A stretch of 64,000 nt of DNA from a virus, in the IMG/VR virus record IMGVR_UViG_3300021490_000001, positions 8,198 to 72,197 of that record. The stretch is one strand, 5' to 3'. Below, in pieces: positions 8,217 through 19,018 of this stretch; position 1 is the stretch's first letter, and the number at the start of each line of letters is the position of its first letter. A model generated the notes under the pieces. The model saw nothing but the letters and a program-made list of their open reading frames with translations, made no database searches and was not told the origin of the DNA. Both the position numbers and the translations under genes were made by a program.

Positions 8217-9904
8217 GCAGTACTTAAGTCATCAACAAATATATTACCTGCTATGCTTCTGCATTTTATTCTTAATTCAAGAACTCCATCTTCTGTGATA
8301 TCTGTTGATGATGCAGTAAGACTTTTCTGCTCATAAGTATCTGGTACACTTGGAGTTATTTCAGTCCATCCTGTAATTCTTTCACCCATGAAATAAATTG
8401 CTCCTTGAACATCTCCATTACCAAATGAAGTATCTTTTTTAATATAAGCAGACAGTGTTTGTTCAACTCCACTATCTGCTTTAAAAAAGAAAGACTGGCT
8501 GATATAATATGTTGCTGATGTAGGACTATATTTAAGGCATTGTGTGCTTCTTGCATTTGCTGTATCTCTATAAGTTACTCCATATTCGTAATAGCATCTA
8601 TTGTCGCCTGATGTTTTGAAGTGCTGACATTTAGCGCAAGGATAATCTCCATAATGTTTTCCTGGTTCTGTATAAACATCTCCGCTTGAATTTCCTGTTC
8701 CTGAATATTTATTGATGGTGTTGTTGGAACTGGAATATAACCGAATGCCATAGTTACTATTGTTATTACAAGTTGGAGTAGTTATGGTATTGTTGTCGGA
8801 ATAGTTAGACATGTAAATACCGTTTTGATTGATATTACAAGTCGGAGTGGTTATGGTATTATTGGAAGAGTAAGACATGTAAATGCCGTAGTTGCTATTA
8901 CTATTACAAGTCGAAGTAGTGATAGTATTATTGGAAGTGTAAGCCATGTAAATGCCGCAGAAGCTGTTGTTATTACAAGTCGGAGTAGTGATGGTATTAT
9001 TGGAACCGGAATTTAAGTAAATACCGTATTTGTTGCTATTACAAGTCGGAGTGGTTATAGTATTATTGAAAGCGGAATATATGTAAATACCGTGGTTGCT
9101 GTTACTATTACAAATCGGAGTGGTTATGGTATTATTGGAACCGGAATAAAAGTAAATGCCTATATCCGCACTGCTATTAACAACAGGCGTTATTATTTCA
9201 TTACTTAAACAACTACTTAAATACCATGCTTCATCACCAGCACTTAACAAACTAGCAGAAGTAACTTTCCAATTATCACAAGATGACATATAAATACAAT
9301 TATCATATCTTAAGAAATGCAAACGCTCTATTTCAATATAATCTTTACTGCTTGCATATAATCCACGGCCATATCGATTAGCAAAAGTAGAGTGCATTTG
9401 CCTAAAATAGGTTTGTCCATTTTGCGTTGTAGTTCCTAAATCCCATCCGCCTGATATTTTTAATCTGCTTGCAGTTGAGCTTCCTGAAGAGGAAACTGTT
9501 TGAACTGCTGTTGAAGTTGCTGCTGCTTCTCCTGTGCTTGTTACTCCTAATTTATAGCCAGTAACTCCTGATTCTGTCGTACCTGGATATTTCTTATATA
9601 GAACAGCATTTGTATTATCTGTAATTGTTACAATTTCATAATATTGACCATCACCGCCTTTGACAAAATCACCAATAGCTAATTCGGTAGTGAATAGCGT
9701 CCCTGAACCTGTTACTGCTGTGCTACCAGCTGTAAATCCTAAAGTCCCTGTTAAGGCTGTATCAGATGGACTTTTGGCAACTCTGACTTCATCACCACCC
9801 GTAAGACCAGTTGATGCTTGTGTAATGGTCTTGTATGGATTTCCTGACGAACCATCGCCTGTAGAGTCATCACCATTTGTAAAATCACAGTAAACAATTG
9901 TCAT
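8213..9904 (-). CDS. parallel beta-helix (pectin lyase-like/NosD) virion protein, candidate receptor-binding protein
   Basis: N-terminal GDDSTGDGSSGNPYKTI motif; 22-23-aa repeats GIYxxxxSNNTITTPTCNxN. Confidence 0.8.
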   Translation of the reverse strand: MTIVYCDFTNGDDSTGDGSSGNPYKTITQASTGLTGGDEVRVAKSPSDTALTGTLGFTAGSTAVTGSGTLFTTELAIGDFVKGGDGQYYEIVTITDNTNAVLYKKYPGTTESGVTGYKLGVTSTGEAAATSTAVQTVSSSGSSTASRLKISGGWDLGTTTQNGQTYFRQMHSTFANRYGRGLYASSKDYIEIERLHFLRYDNCIYMSSCDNWKVTSASLLSAGDEAWYLSSCLSNEIITPVVNSSADIGIYFYSGSNNTITTPICNSNSNHGIYIYSAFNNTITTPTCNSNKYGIYLNSGSNNTITTPTCNNNSFCGIYMAYTSNNTITTSTCNSNSNYGIYMSYSSNNTITTPTCNINQNGIYMSNYSDNNTITTPTCNNNSNYGIRLYSSSNNTINKYSGTGNSSGDVYTEPGKHYGDYPCAKCQHFKTSGDNRCYYEYGVTYRDTANARSTQCLKYSPTSATYYISQSFFFKADSGVEQTLSAYIKKDTSFGNGDVQGAIYFMGERITGWTEITPSVPDTYEQKSLTASSTDITEDGVLELRIKCRSIAGNIFVDDLSTA

Positions 9905-9909
9905 CTATA

Positions 9910-10161
9910 TCACTCCGTAGTTTCTTCATCTACCGTAATTTCCTTGTTTATCTTAGATTTTAGTACTAAGTATCCTGCTTCCAAATCATTGATTCGCTTT
10001 ATTTCATTTTTTACTGTTTGGTCAAAGTTATTGTTAATATCGACCATGTGAACAAATGGATATCTTTTTGTAAACGACTTTTTGCCATTAAAGAACTCTA
10101 CATCTACAATTAGTTCATCTTCTTGTTTTTCTACATTAGCAATTTTAGCTTTGTATTTCAT
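9910..10161 (-). CDS. hypothetical protein (possible fibre chaperone)
   Basis: GAGGT RBS; in the structural operon. Confidence 0.65.
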   Translation of the reverse strand: MKYKAKIANVEKQEDELIVDVEFFNGKKSFTKRYPFVHMVDINNNFDQTVKNEIKRINDLEAGYLVLKSKINKEITVDEETTE

Positions 10162-10179
10162 GTTATTACCTCTCTTTAT

Positions 10180-13100
10180 TTATATTGAATTTATGGTTAG
10201 TCCATAATCGAAACCACCCATTGTGAAAACAGACGAGTTATATCCCCGTTTACACCATACTTGAAATGATCCACCTGGAGCTACTGTGCTTCCTATGTTT
10301 TGAAAAGTCTGTGTTAAATTAATATGAGAAGTATAGGCATTATTATCTGCACAGCTATCTACAATATTTTGATATGCAAGAGATGTATTCATTTGCACTT
10401 GTCCTGTGGCAGAACCATTGTTTGTGCAATTAATAAGTGGAATGCTATTTGTTTGACCTGATGCGTTTACCCAGAGCCAATTTGAATTTGTTGGTGGGTT
10501 ATCTAAATCAATCAATGGCCTATATACTATTTGACTAATACCTGAGCCTAATGAACAATCTAGATCTGGTATGCCATTATCTATTGTAAAATTCTCATTG
10601 AGTAAATTAGAAGAACATCTGCTTGTAGTATCGCAATTTGTAAGATTTAATTTATAAATTCCATCATCTACAAGACTTGTATCAAAAGAGACATTAATCT
10701 CTAACCCACCATCTGAAAAACTTCCATTTATTGTGTAATTGAAAGTTCCGTCAGTATTTCTAAGAGTTAAGTTTCCCGTTACTACATCTCCATTTGCATC
10801 TTTTCCTAAAAGACAGCCAATATCTATTGTAGAACTATAAGTTCCATTTTTGTTCTTATCACCATTAATATGAATTATTTGTGGTTTTCCAGGAGCATAC
10901 TGAATAACTCCAATTTCGTCTGTAGTAACTGAACTCCAACCACAATTTGAAAGATTATCGCAAGCATATATTTTATAAGTAATTTCATCTATATTATTAT
11001 GAATCTCTGAAAGCCAAACAACACCAGTTCCGCTATGTTGTGTAAATGTAGCTCCATCATCTGAACTTGTGTATAGCATTCCTGAAGTGTTCATACTAAT
11101 ATTTCCTATTAATGTTGTATCATCTGAATATTTTAAATCCCAATTTTTAACAGCATTTGCAGTTGTTACAAAACCAAAATAACTTATTTCTGTAGCTTTT
11201 ACAGTTCCTATTGTTTCGTTTTCATCTATATAGAAATTTAGTTCATAGTAACTTACATTGCTCCTTGTGTAACTGTAACTATCTGTGGTTTCGATATTCC
11301 CAAGATAAACACAATTTGTAGAGTCTGAAATGCTGAGTCCATCTGTTTTTTTCGTTTCATTGCAATAATAAATTAATGAGTCTTTGTTTGAATTCGTTCC
11401 ATCGATATAAAATAATACTTGCATAGTTGAATTAGATTCAATATCTCTATAATGGATTTCTGTTATTGCGGGATTATTATTATAATAACTTAGAGTATCT
11501 ATTCCCATAGATTCTAATGTTGTTTTATCTAATGGAAAAAATTGATGGAACAAGCCTCTAACATCTGGTTTAGTGAAATTATAAACTTTCCAACCTGAAC
11601 CATTACTTGAACAAGTCAGATGCCCACAGGAACAATCATGCACGCTCCATTCCCAAATGTTATCAAACAAACTTTCAAACCATTTACTTTCATTCCTGTG
11701 TTCTGCTCTTTGTTCGTTATATGCTCCTCCTGCTTTGGTATTTGAAGGAAATCTCCATGAGAAGTTAAGATTGTTTTCTGTCGTATGATTGACAGTAGTG
11801 GCTATTAATATGCTGGAATCATTAAGTCCATCTGTATCGGAACAATTGTATAAAATAGTTATTGAACCTGTACTGGAAGTGTTTATATCTGCAGGACTCT
11901 GAGAAATGAAGGTACAATTTGGTGGTAGATTTGGAACATATTCATCACTTAATGGAAGCCAGTCAATGTTTCCATTTGTTAAGTTATAATAATCATCACA
12001 GAATCCATCAGTATTTGAATCAGTGCAAGTATCTGAATAATCATTTCCTGTTGAATTTGTCCAGTAGTTTCCACCGATTTGTGTTCCAATACTATATATT
12101 CTGGTTCCTGTTTGTTTTGTCGTGTTCCAATTGTTTGCATAAACTGTTCCAAACTTAACATTATCCGTCTGATTGAAAAGATTATTGTAAATGAGATTTA
12201 CTTCTCCATTTCCTGCACCATTCATGTAAAGACCGTAAGTATTGGAATAGATTCTATTATCGTATATTGTGTTATTCGTGGCTGTTGTATCGAGTTGAAT
12301 ACCATAATAGTTTGAATGTATTGTGTTATTGTAAATAAGATTATCATCGTCACTAATAAAAAGCCCGACATCAGAAGTGCCACTTTGTGAATATATTGTG
12401 GATTCTTTTATTGTGTTTAAGTTTCCGTTTATATAAATACCGTCATCAGTATTTGAATTAGCGATTATGTTTGTAAATGTGTTTGAATTTGAATAATAAC
12501 TGTAAATACCATTATAATTATTTGAATTAGCGATTACATTTGTAAATGTATTTGAATCTGAATAAGTACCATAAAAACCATAATTATTAGAATTAGCACT
12601 TATATTTGTAAATGTGTTTGAATCTGAATTATAACTATAAAAACCATAAGTATTTGAATTAGCTGTAATGTTTGTAAATGTGTTTGAATTTGAATTATAA
12701 CTATAAATACCATCATCGGTATTTGAATTAGCAGTTATATTTGTAACTGTATTTGAAACAGAATAATAACTGTAGATACCCCATTCCATATCGGTAAATT
12801 GTGAATTAGATATATTTGCTCCTTGTGTCGCAATTAAAAAGAACCCGTTGTTTTCTGTTCCTGTTCTATCCATAACTAAATTAGATACATTTGAATTATC
12901 AGCACCGCATAAGATTATTTCAGACACATTATTAGTCCAATCCTGAATATTTACAGATGAATTATAAAACAATATTGGCTTTTCTTCTGTTCCTATAACA
13001 TTAACAAATTCTGAATTACAATCAAGTGCAGTTCGTGTGGTTACATAGTAAAAATCAGCTAATACATTGTCTTTTATAGTAATATTTGTAAATGTGTTTG

Positions 13101-14670
13101 AATCTGAAATATAACTGTAAATACCATAATTATTTGAATTAGCTGTAATGTTTGCAAATATATTTGAATCTGAATAATAAATGTAAAAACCATAATTATT
13201 TGAATTAGCAGTTATATTTGTAACTGTATTTGAATCTGAATAAGAACATGAAATACCAAAAGTATTTGAATTAGCAGTTAGATTTGTAACTGTATTTGAA
13301 TCTGAATAATAAGTATAAATACCATTATCAGGATTTGAATTCACTGTATTATTAGTCAAATTATTTCCATCAGCGTAATATAAATAAATTCCATTAGTGT
13401 CCCAATCACTAACAACACAATTCTTAATAGTCACATTCGTGGTTTCAGCAGATGCTCTCTTGACATAAATCCCATAATCTGCTACATCATCACCGTCAAT
13501 AGTAAATCCTGCACAATCGAGAGTTACATCATTTGCACTGATGTTTATGCAGTAGCTTGTAGAAGAACCTGTAATGCTTTGGTTCATGGTATATGTTCCT
13601 GCTTGGTCTAATACCATACAGCCAGAAACAATCGGATCTATCTCAATGTCAAGAATTGTTATGTTGAACTTATCTGTTGCCCACATAGGATAATCAAATT
13701 CATAAGTTATAGTATGGTTTCCTTTAGTTAGTGATTTCATTTTTTTCAATGTGATTTCCTTGGTGGTACCTTTATTATTAACAATATCAGGAATCTTATC
13801 GTTTAACTTACTAAGATGTTTGTCTAATGTTACAACTTTCTTTGTAAATGGTCTCTTTTTGAAAGCCAGACCTGGATTCAAATCTTGTACTTTTGCAGGA
13901 GTATCAGACTTGTATTCGATATCAACAGCTAACGAACAATGAACTGTGTTATTTTCTCTAGCAACGCAATGTGCACTATTGGGTACCTTTAATGAATATT
14001 TGTCTGATTCATACTTCCAATAATTCGTAGTTATATATTGCGAAACATTAGTTATCTCATGTGTTTCACTTGATTCGTTTATCGCCTCTATATAGCCCGC
14101 AAATACTTCTTCAGTTACAAATGTTAATCCTGCTTTCCATATAGGGTCAATATCTACATAATCATCTAACATAAAAGACCACTTGATTGTATCTTCTGGT
14201 TTTTTATGGCCTACTAATTGTATTTTATTAACCTTTTTTCGTTCCCAACAATCTCCATCTTTAATGGGCCTGTATTTATTGCCATAAGTAGGTACATTCC
14301 AATCTACTTGAATGTCATAAGGAACCCAAGAACCATTATCAAGAAGTTTCTGTGTTGTTATGATATTATCTATCTTATTCAAATTTACATGAAGTGTTCT
14401 GCTTCTGGCTACCTTTTTAAATAAAGTTTCGTTTTCATATTTGGTATTGTTATAATCAGCAAAACACACACGCCAATAAGAAGTGGTTACATTAATATAA
14501 GAATTACATTCAGAACCGCAGGTTATGTCACCAGTGTAATTATAAGTTACACCCTTAAGATTAAAAAGAACTCCAAATAAATCTGTATAGGTCATTAATC
14601 CACCAGATGCCACAATTACAACTAATACTGTTGCTGCTTGCTGCCAGGTAAATTTGTTCATTTCAATCAT
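10180..14670 (-). CDS. giant NosD/CASH beta-helix surface or adhesin protein with N-terminal hydrophobic segment
   Basis: TVLVVIVASGGL segment; SDSNTFTNITANSN repeats; IYNNLFN...WNTT...GGNYW...D.DGFCD...DWLPL NosD C-terminus; Ig-like C-terminal part. Confidence 0.85.
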   Translation of the reverse strand: MIEMNKFTWQQAATVLVVIVASGGLMTYTDLFGVLFNLKGVTYNYTGDITCGSECNSYINVTTSYWRVCFADYNNTKYENETLFKKVARSRTLHVNLNKIDNIITTQKLLDNGSWVPYDIQVDWNVPTYGNKYRPIKDGDCWERKKVNKIQLVGHKKPEDTIKWSFMLDDYVDIDPIWKAGLTFVTEEVFAGYIEAINESSETHEITNVSQYITTNYWKYESDKYSLKVPNSAHCVARENNTVHCSLAVDIEYKSDTPAKVQDLNPGLAFKKRPFTKKVVTLDKHLSKLNDKIPDIVNNKGTTKEITLKKMKSLTKGNHTITYEFDYPMWATDKFNITILDIEIDPIVSGCMVLDQAGTYTMNQSITGSSTSYCINISANDVTLDCAGFTIDGDDVADYGIYVKRASAETTNVTIKNCVVSDWDTNGIYLYYADGNNLTNNTVNSNPDNGIYTYYSDSNTVTNLTANSNTFGISCSYSDSNTVTNITANSNNYGFYIYYSDSNIFANITANSNNYGIYSYISDSNTFTNITIKDNVLADFYYVTTRTALDCNSEFVNVIGTEEKPILFYNSSVNIQDWTNNVSEIILCGADNSNVSNLVMDRTGTENNGFFLIATQGANISNSQFTDMEWGIYSYYSVSNTVTNITANSNTDDGIYSYNSNSNTFTNITANSNTYGFYSYNSDSNTFTNISANSNNYGFYGTYSDSNTFTNVIANSNNYNGIYSYYSNSNTFTNIIANSNTDDGIYINGNLNTIKESTIYSQSGTSDVGLFISDDDNLIYNNTIHSNYYGIQLDTTATNNTIYDNRIYSNTYGLYMNGAGNGEVNLIYNNLFNQTDNVKFGTVYANNWNTTKQTGTRIYSIGTQIGGNYWTNSTGNDYSDTCTDSNTDGFCDDYYNLTNGNIDWLPLSDEYVPNLPPNCTFISQSPADINTSSTGSITILYNCSDTDGLNDSSILIATTVNHTTENNLNFSWRFPSNTKAGGAYNEQRAEHRNESKWFESLFDNIWEWSVHDCSCGHLTCSSNGSGWKVYNFTKPDVRGLFHQFFPLDKTTLESMGIDTLSYYNNNPAITEIHYRDIESNSTMQVLFYIDGTNSNKDSLIYYCNETKKTDGLSISDSTNCVYLGNIETTDSYSYTRSNVSYYELNFYIDENETIGTVKATEISYFGFVTTANAVKNWDLKYSDDTTLIGNISMNTSGMLYTSSDDGATFTQHSGTGVVWLSEIHNNIDEITYKIYACDNLSNCGWSSVTTDEIGVIQYAPGKPQIIHINGDKNKNGTYSSTIDIGCLLGKDANGDVVTGNLTLRNTDGTFNYTINGSFSDGGLEINVSFDTSLVDDGIYKLNLTNCDTTSRCSSNLLNENFTIDNGIPDLDCSLGSGISQIVYRPLIDLDNPPTNSNWLWVNASGQTNSIPLINCTNNGSATGQVQMNTSLAYQNIVDSCADNNAYTSHINLTQTFQNIGSTVAPGGSFQVWCKRGYNSSVFTMGGFDYGLTINSI

Positions 14671-15079
14671 TCCTGTTATCTGTATCCTTCATAAGCAGGA
14701 AGTCATCGACTTCGATTACGCTTTTGAAGTTAGTATTGTTTTTGGTCTGTTGATAACCAAATAGAAATTTAATAGTTCGGATTTCTTTTCCTGTTTCGAT
14801 TTCTTTTATTATCGTAGTTCTTGCTACAAAAATTAGTCTTTTGTTCTTATCGAGAACTAAACCTATGTTCCATGGTATCAAAAAGAATTGTTCTATGTAA
14901 GAGCTGATTTTATTGTAATCAGATGGCTCGATTTTAGGTTTATCAATTAGAATCTTAGAGTTGATATAGTCTGCTATCTGTCTCCAAGGCAGTTCTTTAC
15001 CTTCTAAGGTGTCTCCGTTTGTTAATTTTACCCTCCATAGTGGGTCTATGGACATTACTTTGTTATAGTCTAATGGCAT
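14663..15079 (-). CDS. hypothetical protein
   Basis: GGAGG RBS; operon position. Confidence 0.65.
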   Translation of the reverse strand: MPLDYNKVMSIDPLWRVKLTNGDTLEGKELPWRQIADYINSKILIDKPKIEPSDYNKISSYIEQFFLIPWNIGLVLDKNKRLIFVARTTIIKEIETGKEIRTIKFLFGYQQTKNNTNFKSVIEVDDFLLMKDTDNRND

Positions 15080-15156
15080 TGGATTGCCTCCTATGATATT
15101 GAATTATCGAAATTCTTTCCTTTTGTTCCATACTGTTTGTGTTTCAAATCATTCTT

Positions 15157-15705
15157 CTATGACCTACTCATTTTTTTTAGTTTCTTTTGGCCCAGCGGAA
15201 ACCAAGATGAACCAAGATAGTATCTGGATGACTGACAAGCTCTGCATAGTATTCGCAGGTTTTTTAGTTGATTATTGAAATGATCTCCATCCCTGTGATG
15301 TACACATAAATTCTTTTCTGTATGGCAAATATCGCATCTTTTTGGCAGGTTTTCCATTGCCAATTTTTTATATGCTTTAGTGTTTTTGCTTTTGCCTGTT
15401 GTTGTTTGCGCATTGAATATTTTCTTTTTTGTTTCATCTGAATGATGTTTTCTCAACATTGATCTTGGGTTGTTTTCTGTCATAAATTTAGACTTCTTGC
15501 GTTTCCATTCTTCTGTTCGTGGCTTCTTCAAATAATTTGATTCACAGACCTTTTGTGCCTCACTTAAGGTTCTTGACCTGATTTTGTATTTCTTTAAATA
15601 ATATCTTACAGCATTTTGTGCGCATCCAAGTTTAGATGCGATTTGCCATGTTGAAAGCTTATCATTTAAATACCATTTTTTCAGTTGATCTTTAGTTATT
15701 AGCAT
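15157..15705 (-). CDS. free-standing HNH homing endonuclease-like protein with HTH and NUMOD3-like motifs
   Basis: LSTWQIASKLGC HTH; HHSDETKKKI NUMOD3-like; CDIC...VHHRDGDHFNNQLKNLRILCRAC. Confidence 0.8.
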   Translation of the reverse strand: MLITKDQLKKWYLNDKLSTWQIASKLGCAQNAVRYYLKKYKIRSRTLSEAQKVCESNYLKKPRTEEWKRKKSKFMTENNPRSMLRKHHSDETKKKIFNAQTTTGKSKNTKAYKKLAMENLPKRCDICHTEKNLCVHHRDGDHFNNQLKNLRILCRACQSSRYYLGSSWFPLGQKKLKKMSRS

Positions 15706-15739
15706 ATATTTTATTTGTTGCTTAAGCTATTTAAATGTA

Positions 15740-16252
15740 TTATTGTTCGTCCCATTGAAAGGTTATGGTTAGCTGTGCATGAGGACCTACAGGAGCATCT
15801 GTATCAACATATATCTGAGATACGATATAGTCGCTGTATCCCGTTGATGTAAGACTTCCTGTCAATGAACCGCTTATACCGATGTTTGCTGTTCCAGGAT
15901 CTGATGTTGGAAATGTCGTATCTGCTTTGGTAGACTGTGTATTTACTGGAGTAGAATATGTTTCTGCTGTATATCCTGATGTTACCAGATTTGCTTTCAT
16001 TGTTCCAGATGAACCTAAAGATAATGTTCCTGCTGATTTCCATACTTGCAGATTATCGATTTTCGTTGATGTTCCCATATCGGTTACATTGTATCTATTC
16101 CATTTTTCATAGCTATAAGTACCTCGTGTAATTGGGTAATCTGCTGGCACAAGGTTTACTGCATCTGTGCTTCCATAATTAATGTTAGATACACTTGCAG
16201 TAATTGTTTCACCCGCACCATTAGATTCGCTTATACTTACTGTTGCTGCCAT
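15740..16252 (-). CDS. putative virion structural protein
   Basis: S/T/G-rich beta-type sequence; GGAGG RBS. Confidence 0.65.
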   Translation of the reverse strand: MAATVSISESNGAGETITASVSNINYGSTDAVNLVPADYPITRGTYSYEKWNRYNVTDMGTSTKIDNLQVWKSAGTLSLGSSGTMKANLVTSGYTAETYSTPVNTQSTKADTTFPTSDPGTANIGISGSLTGSLTSTGYSDYIVSQIYVDTDAPVGPHAQLTITFQWDEQ

Positions 16253-16263
16253 TTAAATTCCTC

Positions 16264-16659
16264 CTACTTCTTTTTTCTTAAGTCTCTAACATCTTGTTTT
16301 ATTTCGCTAATCGAGAAGCTAATACTCTTATTGCTTGCGTTTATTTCTGCTGTATGTACTTCAAGACCATTTATCATTTTAGTTAGTGACCTGATTTCTT
16401 TTTGTGTGTTGTTCATTACTTCGATTATTTTACTATCCAGACTTGATTTCGTATGTTCAAAATCTTTTCTGAGACACTTATGGTCAGTTTTAATAATTTT
16501 CAGCTCTTTAGTTGATTGATTTTTATGTGTATTAAGTTCTTTTATTATCGCTTTATGATTCAATGAAAATAAAAACGCGATAAAGGATAATAATAGTAAC
16601 GATACAACACTCATAGGTTTCAACTCTACTGGAACCCATGTAAACAAACTCTCTATCAA
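16264..16659 (-). CDS. membrane protein with coiled coil (lysis-associated?)
   Basis: One transmembrane segment then heptad repeats; GGTGA RBS. Confidence 0.6.
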   Translation of the reverse strand: MIESLFTWVPVELKPMSVVSLLLLSFIAFLFSLNHKAIIKELNTHKNQSTKELKIIKTDHKCLRKDFEHTKSSLDSKIIEVMNNTQKEIRSLTKMINGLEVHTAEINASNKSISFSISEIKQDVRDLRKKK

Positions 16660-16691
16660 ACAATCACCAATATATTTTAATGTGTATATCT

Positions 16692-17111
16692 TTATTCTTC
16701 AGTATAATATACAATAACTCTTGTTACAGCACTTCCTACTGAGTATGTTATGTTCGTAAGCCTTAGTACTTCATCAACATCACCAACTACATTTATATTT
16801 GGCATACTTATGAATAGTGGGCTACTTGTATTAATATGTCGATAACTGCATAGTATTTTAGAGTCGTCTGTTGTATGTCCTGTTCCGAATGCAATCGTTC
16901 CTCTTACTGTTGAAGTTAAGTCTGATAAGACTGTACCGCTAATACAAAATCCTAATACTCTAATTTTTTTTCCTGAAGCGGGTGTCAAATCATCTGTTCC
17001 TGCTGAAGTTGAAACTCTAAGTTCTTTAGTTGACATCTCTACGGGAATGATTCGTTTAGCATGGTTTGTGTCTTCATGTTCATGAATTTCAATTACATCT
17101 TTTGATGTCAT
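16692..17111 (-). CDS. putative virion protein
   Basis: AGGTGA RBS; beta-rich. Confidence 0.6.
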   Translation of the reverse strand: MTSKDVIEIHEHEDTNHAKRIIPVEMSTKELRVSTSAGTDDLTPASGKKIRVLGFCISGTVLSDLTSTVRGTIAFGTGHTTDDSKILCSYRHINTSSPLFISMPNINVVGDVDEVLRLTNITYSVGSAVTRVIVYYTEE

Positions 17112-17116
17112 TTAGA

Positions 17117-17539
17117 TCACCTTAATTTTTCAAGGAAAGACAAGATCTTCTTTCTGTTTTTTCCTTTGAGTTCCATACTTATTAGCAAATCGATATCAGC
17201 CGACTTTAAGTCCATGCTCTTTAGTTTTTTCTTTATAGTATATGTATTTTGATTTAAGTAGAGACTGGCTTCCTCTTCATTGTCAAGAAGTCTGTCTATT
17301 GGTTTCTTTTCTTTCTTTTCTTTTTTTTCTGTTTTTACCTGTATTGGTTTTTCTACTTTTTTCTTTAATGCTTTTGGCTCTTCTGCTGGCTTTGTGTCTT
17401 CGACAAGTATTCTGCCTAGATCGATATACATCTGGAGCCCATTGTTCAGTTCAGCTACATCTACGCTTTCGCCTGGGTGAATAATTTTGTTCTCAATAGA
17501 AAATGTTATGTTCCTTGCTGTTAATTTCAATATGGTCAC
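17117..17539 (-). CDS. hypothetical protein
   Basis: First gene after the conserved promoter at 17565-17584. Confidence 0.65.
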   Translation of the reverse strand: MTILKLTARNITFSIENKIIHPGESVDVAELNNGLQMYIDLGRILVEDTKPAEEPKALKKKVEKPIQVKTEKKEKKEKKPIDRLLDNEEEASLYLNQNTYTIKKKLKSMDLKSADIDLLISMELKGKNRKKILSFLEKLR

Positions 17540-17564
17540 CTCTAAAGTTACTCTTTATTATATA

Positions 17565-17584
17565 TAAGAAGTGTTGGTTATTTA
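17565..17584 (-). promoter_or_regulatory. conserved putative late promoter TAAATAACCAACACTTCTTA (copy 1)
   Basis: 20/20 identical to 30767-30786; TATA-like box upstream of a structural operon. Confidence 0.7.
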
Positions 17585-17588
17585 TTAG

Positions 17589-18290
17589 TTAGTTTTTTTG
17601 CTTAACCAGAATCTTGAAGATGTCATCTACTTTTCTATTTCGTAAATTTTCTTCTGTTGTTTTATTCTGATTGTATCTATATCCTTTGTGTTTGATTGCG
17701 ATTATTCCAAATAGATTTATGTTCTGGCCTGTTTTCCTAAACTTATTAAGTAAGTAGATATTGAAATCATAAGTGAATCTGGAAACTAATTCAAACATGT
17801 CATAATAATTGAACCGTTGTTTATGCATTATATCCGGAATTCTATTTTCTATAGGTACTGTTATTAGGATCCTTCCTTTGTCTTTGCACTTTTTGAATAA
17901 CTCCATCATAATCTCATGTGGCTTATCTACATGTTCTAATACTTCAAAGCAACTTACATTATCGAAATAGTTATTTTGAATATCCTTGAGGTTATTATAT
18001 AAAACTGCTTTGTTCTGTAGCTTGGCTTTCGCTATCGAGAGAGCTTCTTCTGAGATATCATAACCGCTTGGTCTGAGGTTATTGCCAGCGCATAATGATA
18101 GAAATATACCATCACCACAACCGTAGTCCAGAATATTTTTGCCTGCTGTTCGTTCTAAGGCCCAGATAAATCTATGATCTGGTTTCATTATTCTAGGTTC
18201 CCATGGAGTATAACATCGTTTATAATCTTCATTATAAGCTAATTTAATATATTTCTCTTCGTTTTCATTTTTGACATTATATCCTTTCAA
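17589..18290 (-). CDS. class I SAM-dependent methyltransferase
   Basis: ILDYGCGDG, YDIS, FDNVSCFEVLEHV, GRILITVP. Confidence 0.9.
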   Translation of the reverse strand: MKGYNVKNENEEKYIKLAYNEDYKRCYTPWEPRIMKPDHRFIWALERTAGKNILDYGCGDGIFLSLCAGNNLRPSGYDISEEALSIAKAKLQNKAVLYNNLKDIQNNYFDNVSCFEVLEHVDKPHEIMMELFKKCKDKGRILITVPIENRIPDIMHKQRFNYYDMFELVSRFTYDFNIYLLNKFRKTGQNINLFGIIAIKHKGYRYNQNKTTEENLRNRKVDDIFKILVKQKN

Positions 18291-19018
18291 TGTAAATCAC
18301 CTGGTGGAGTTAATTTTACTCGTTCATTGAACCAGCGCATTTCATCTTCAATGTAATATGATGGATTTAACCATGCTTTATCAGATACATGTCTGCTTAC
18401 CTGATTGAGTTTTAATATATTTCCATATTTACCAAGAGCAAGATCATTTAAATTTCCCACTTGGTTAGATAAAATCCATCGAAGATACTTCATTATTTTA
18501 TGTACTCTATCTGGCATTTTGCATTCTGGATTTATATGAGATTCCAAAATGGTTCCATACCAATCAATTGCATCCTTTTTGAACCAATGTATCTTTGCTT
18601 CTAAATGCGCCCAAGTACAATTGAGTTTGGCTAATGCATCAAGAGTTGCTGAATTCCATTTATAAAATGGTGGCTTGAATCCCCAGTATTTTGGCATGTA
18701 AGGTTTGAGGATATCTAAAGATTTACCATATAATTCAAGCTGTTCTTCGTACGATTGATAACCTTCAAACTTGGTTTTAGTTGTACATCTCAAATGATGA
18801 TAGCCATGCATGGCTATATGCACCCAATCTTTGTGAGCTTCATACCAGTCATTCCATGCTCTTGAGTCATTTAGTTTATACTTTGAATTGTTCTCCCATA
18901 CTGGAACTGTAAAAGCTGTGACTTCAAGTTGAGGGAATTCCTCTTTTAGTACATCGAATGTAGTAGTCCAGTAATCCAAAAACTTTGGGTTTAGATCATC
19001 TGTTGTAATATAAATCAA
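18287..19018 (-). CDS. polysaccharide deacetylase (NodB/DUF2334-like)
   Basis: ITTDD, MHGYHH, GFKPPFY, late H motif. Confidence 0.8.
   Translation of the reverse strand: MIYITTDDLNPKFLDYWTTTFDVLKEEFPQLEVTAFTVPVWENNSKYKLNDSRAWNDWYEAHKDWVHIAMHGYHHLRCTTKTKFEGYQSYEEQLELYGKSLDILKPYMPKYWGFKPPFYKWNSATLDALAKLNCTWAHLEAKIHWFKKDAIDWYGTILESHINPECKMPDRVHKIMKYLRWILSNQVGNLNDLALGKYGNILKLNQVSRHVSDKAWLNPSYYIEDEMRWFNERVKLTPPGDLH

Noticed and set aside
8700-9200. Possible diversity-generating retroelement target (Asn-rich repeats in the beta-helix gene)
   Set aside because: No reverse transcriptase or non-coding template repeat in the window; the repeats are in-frame beta-helix coils
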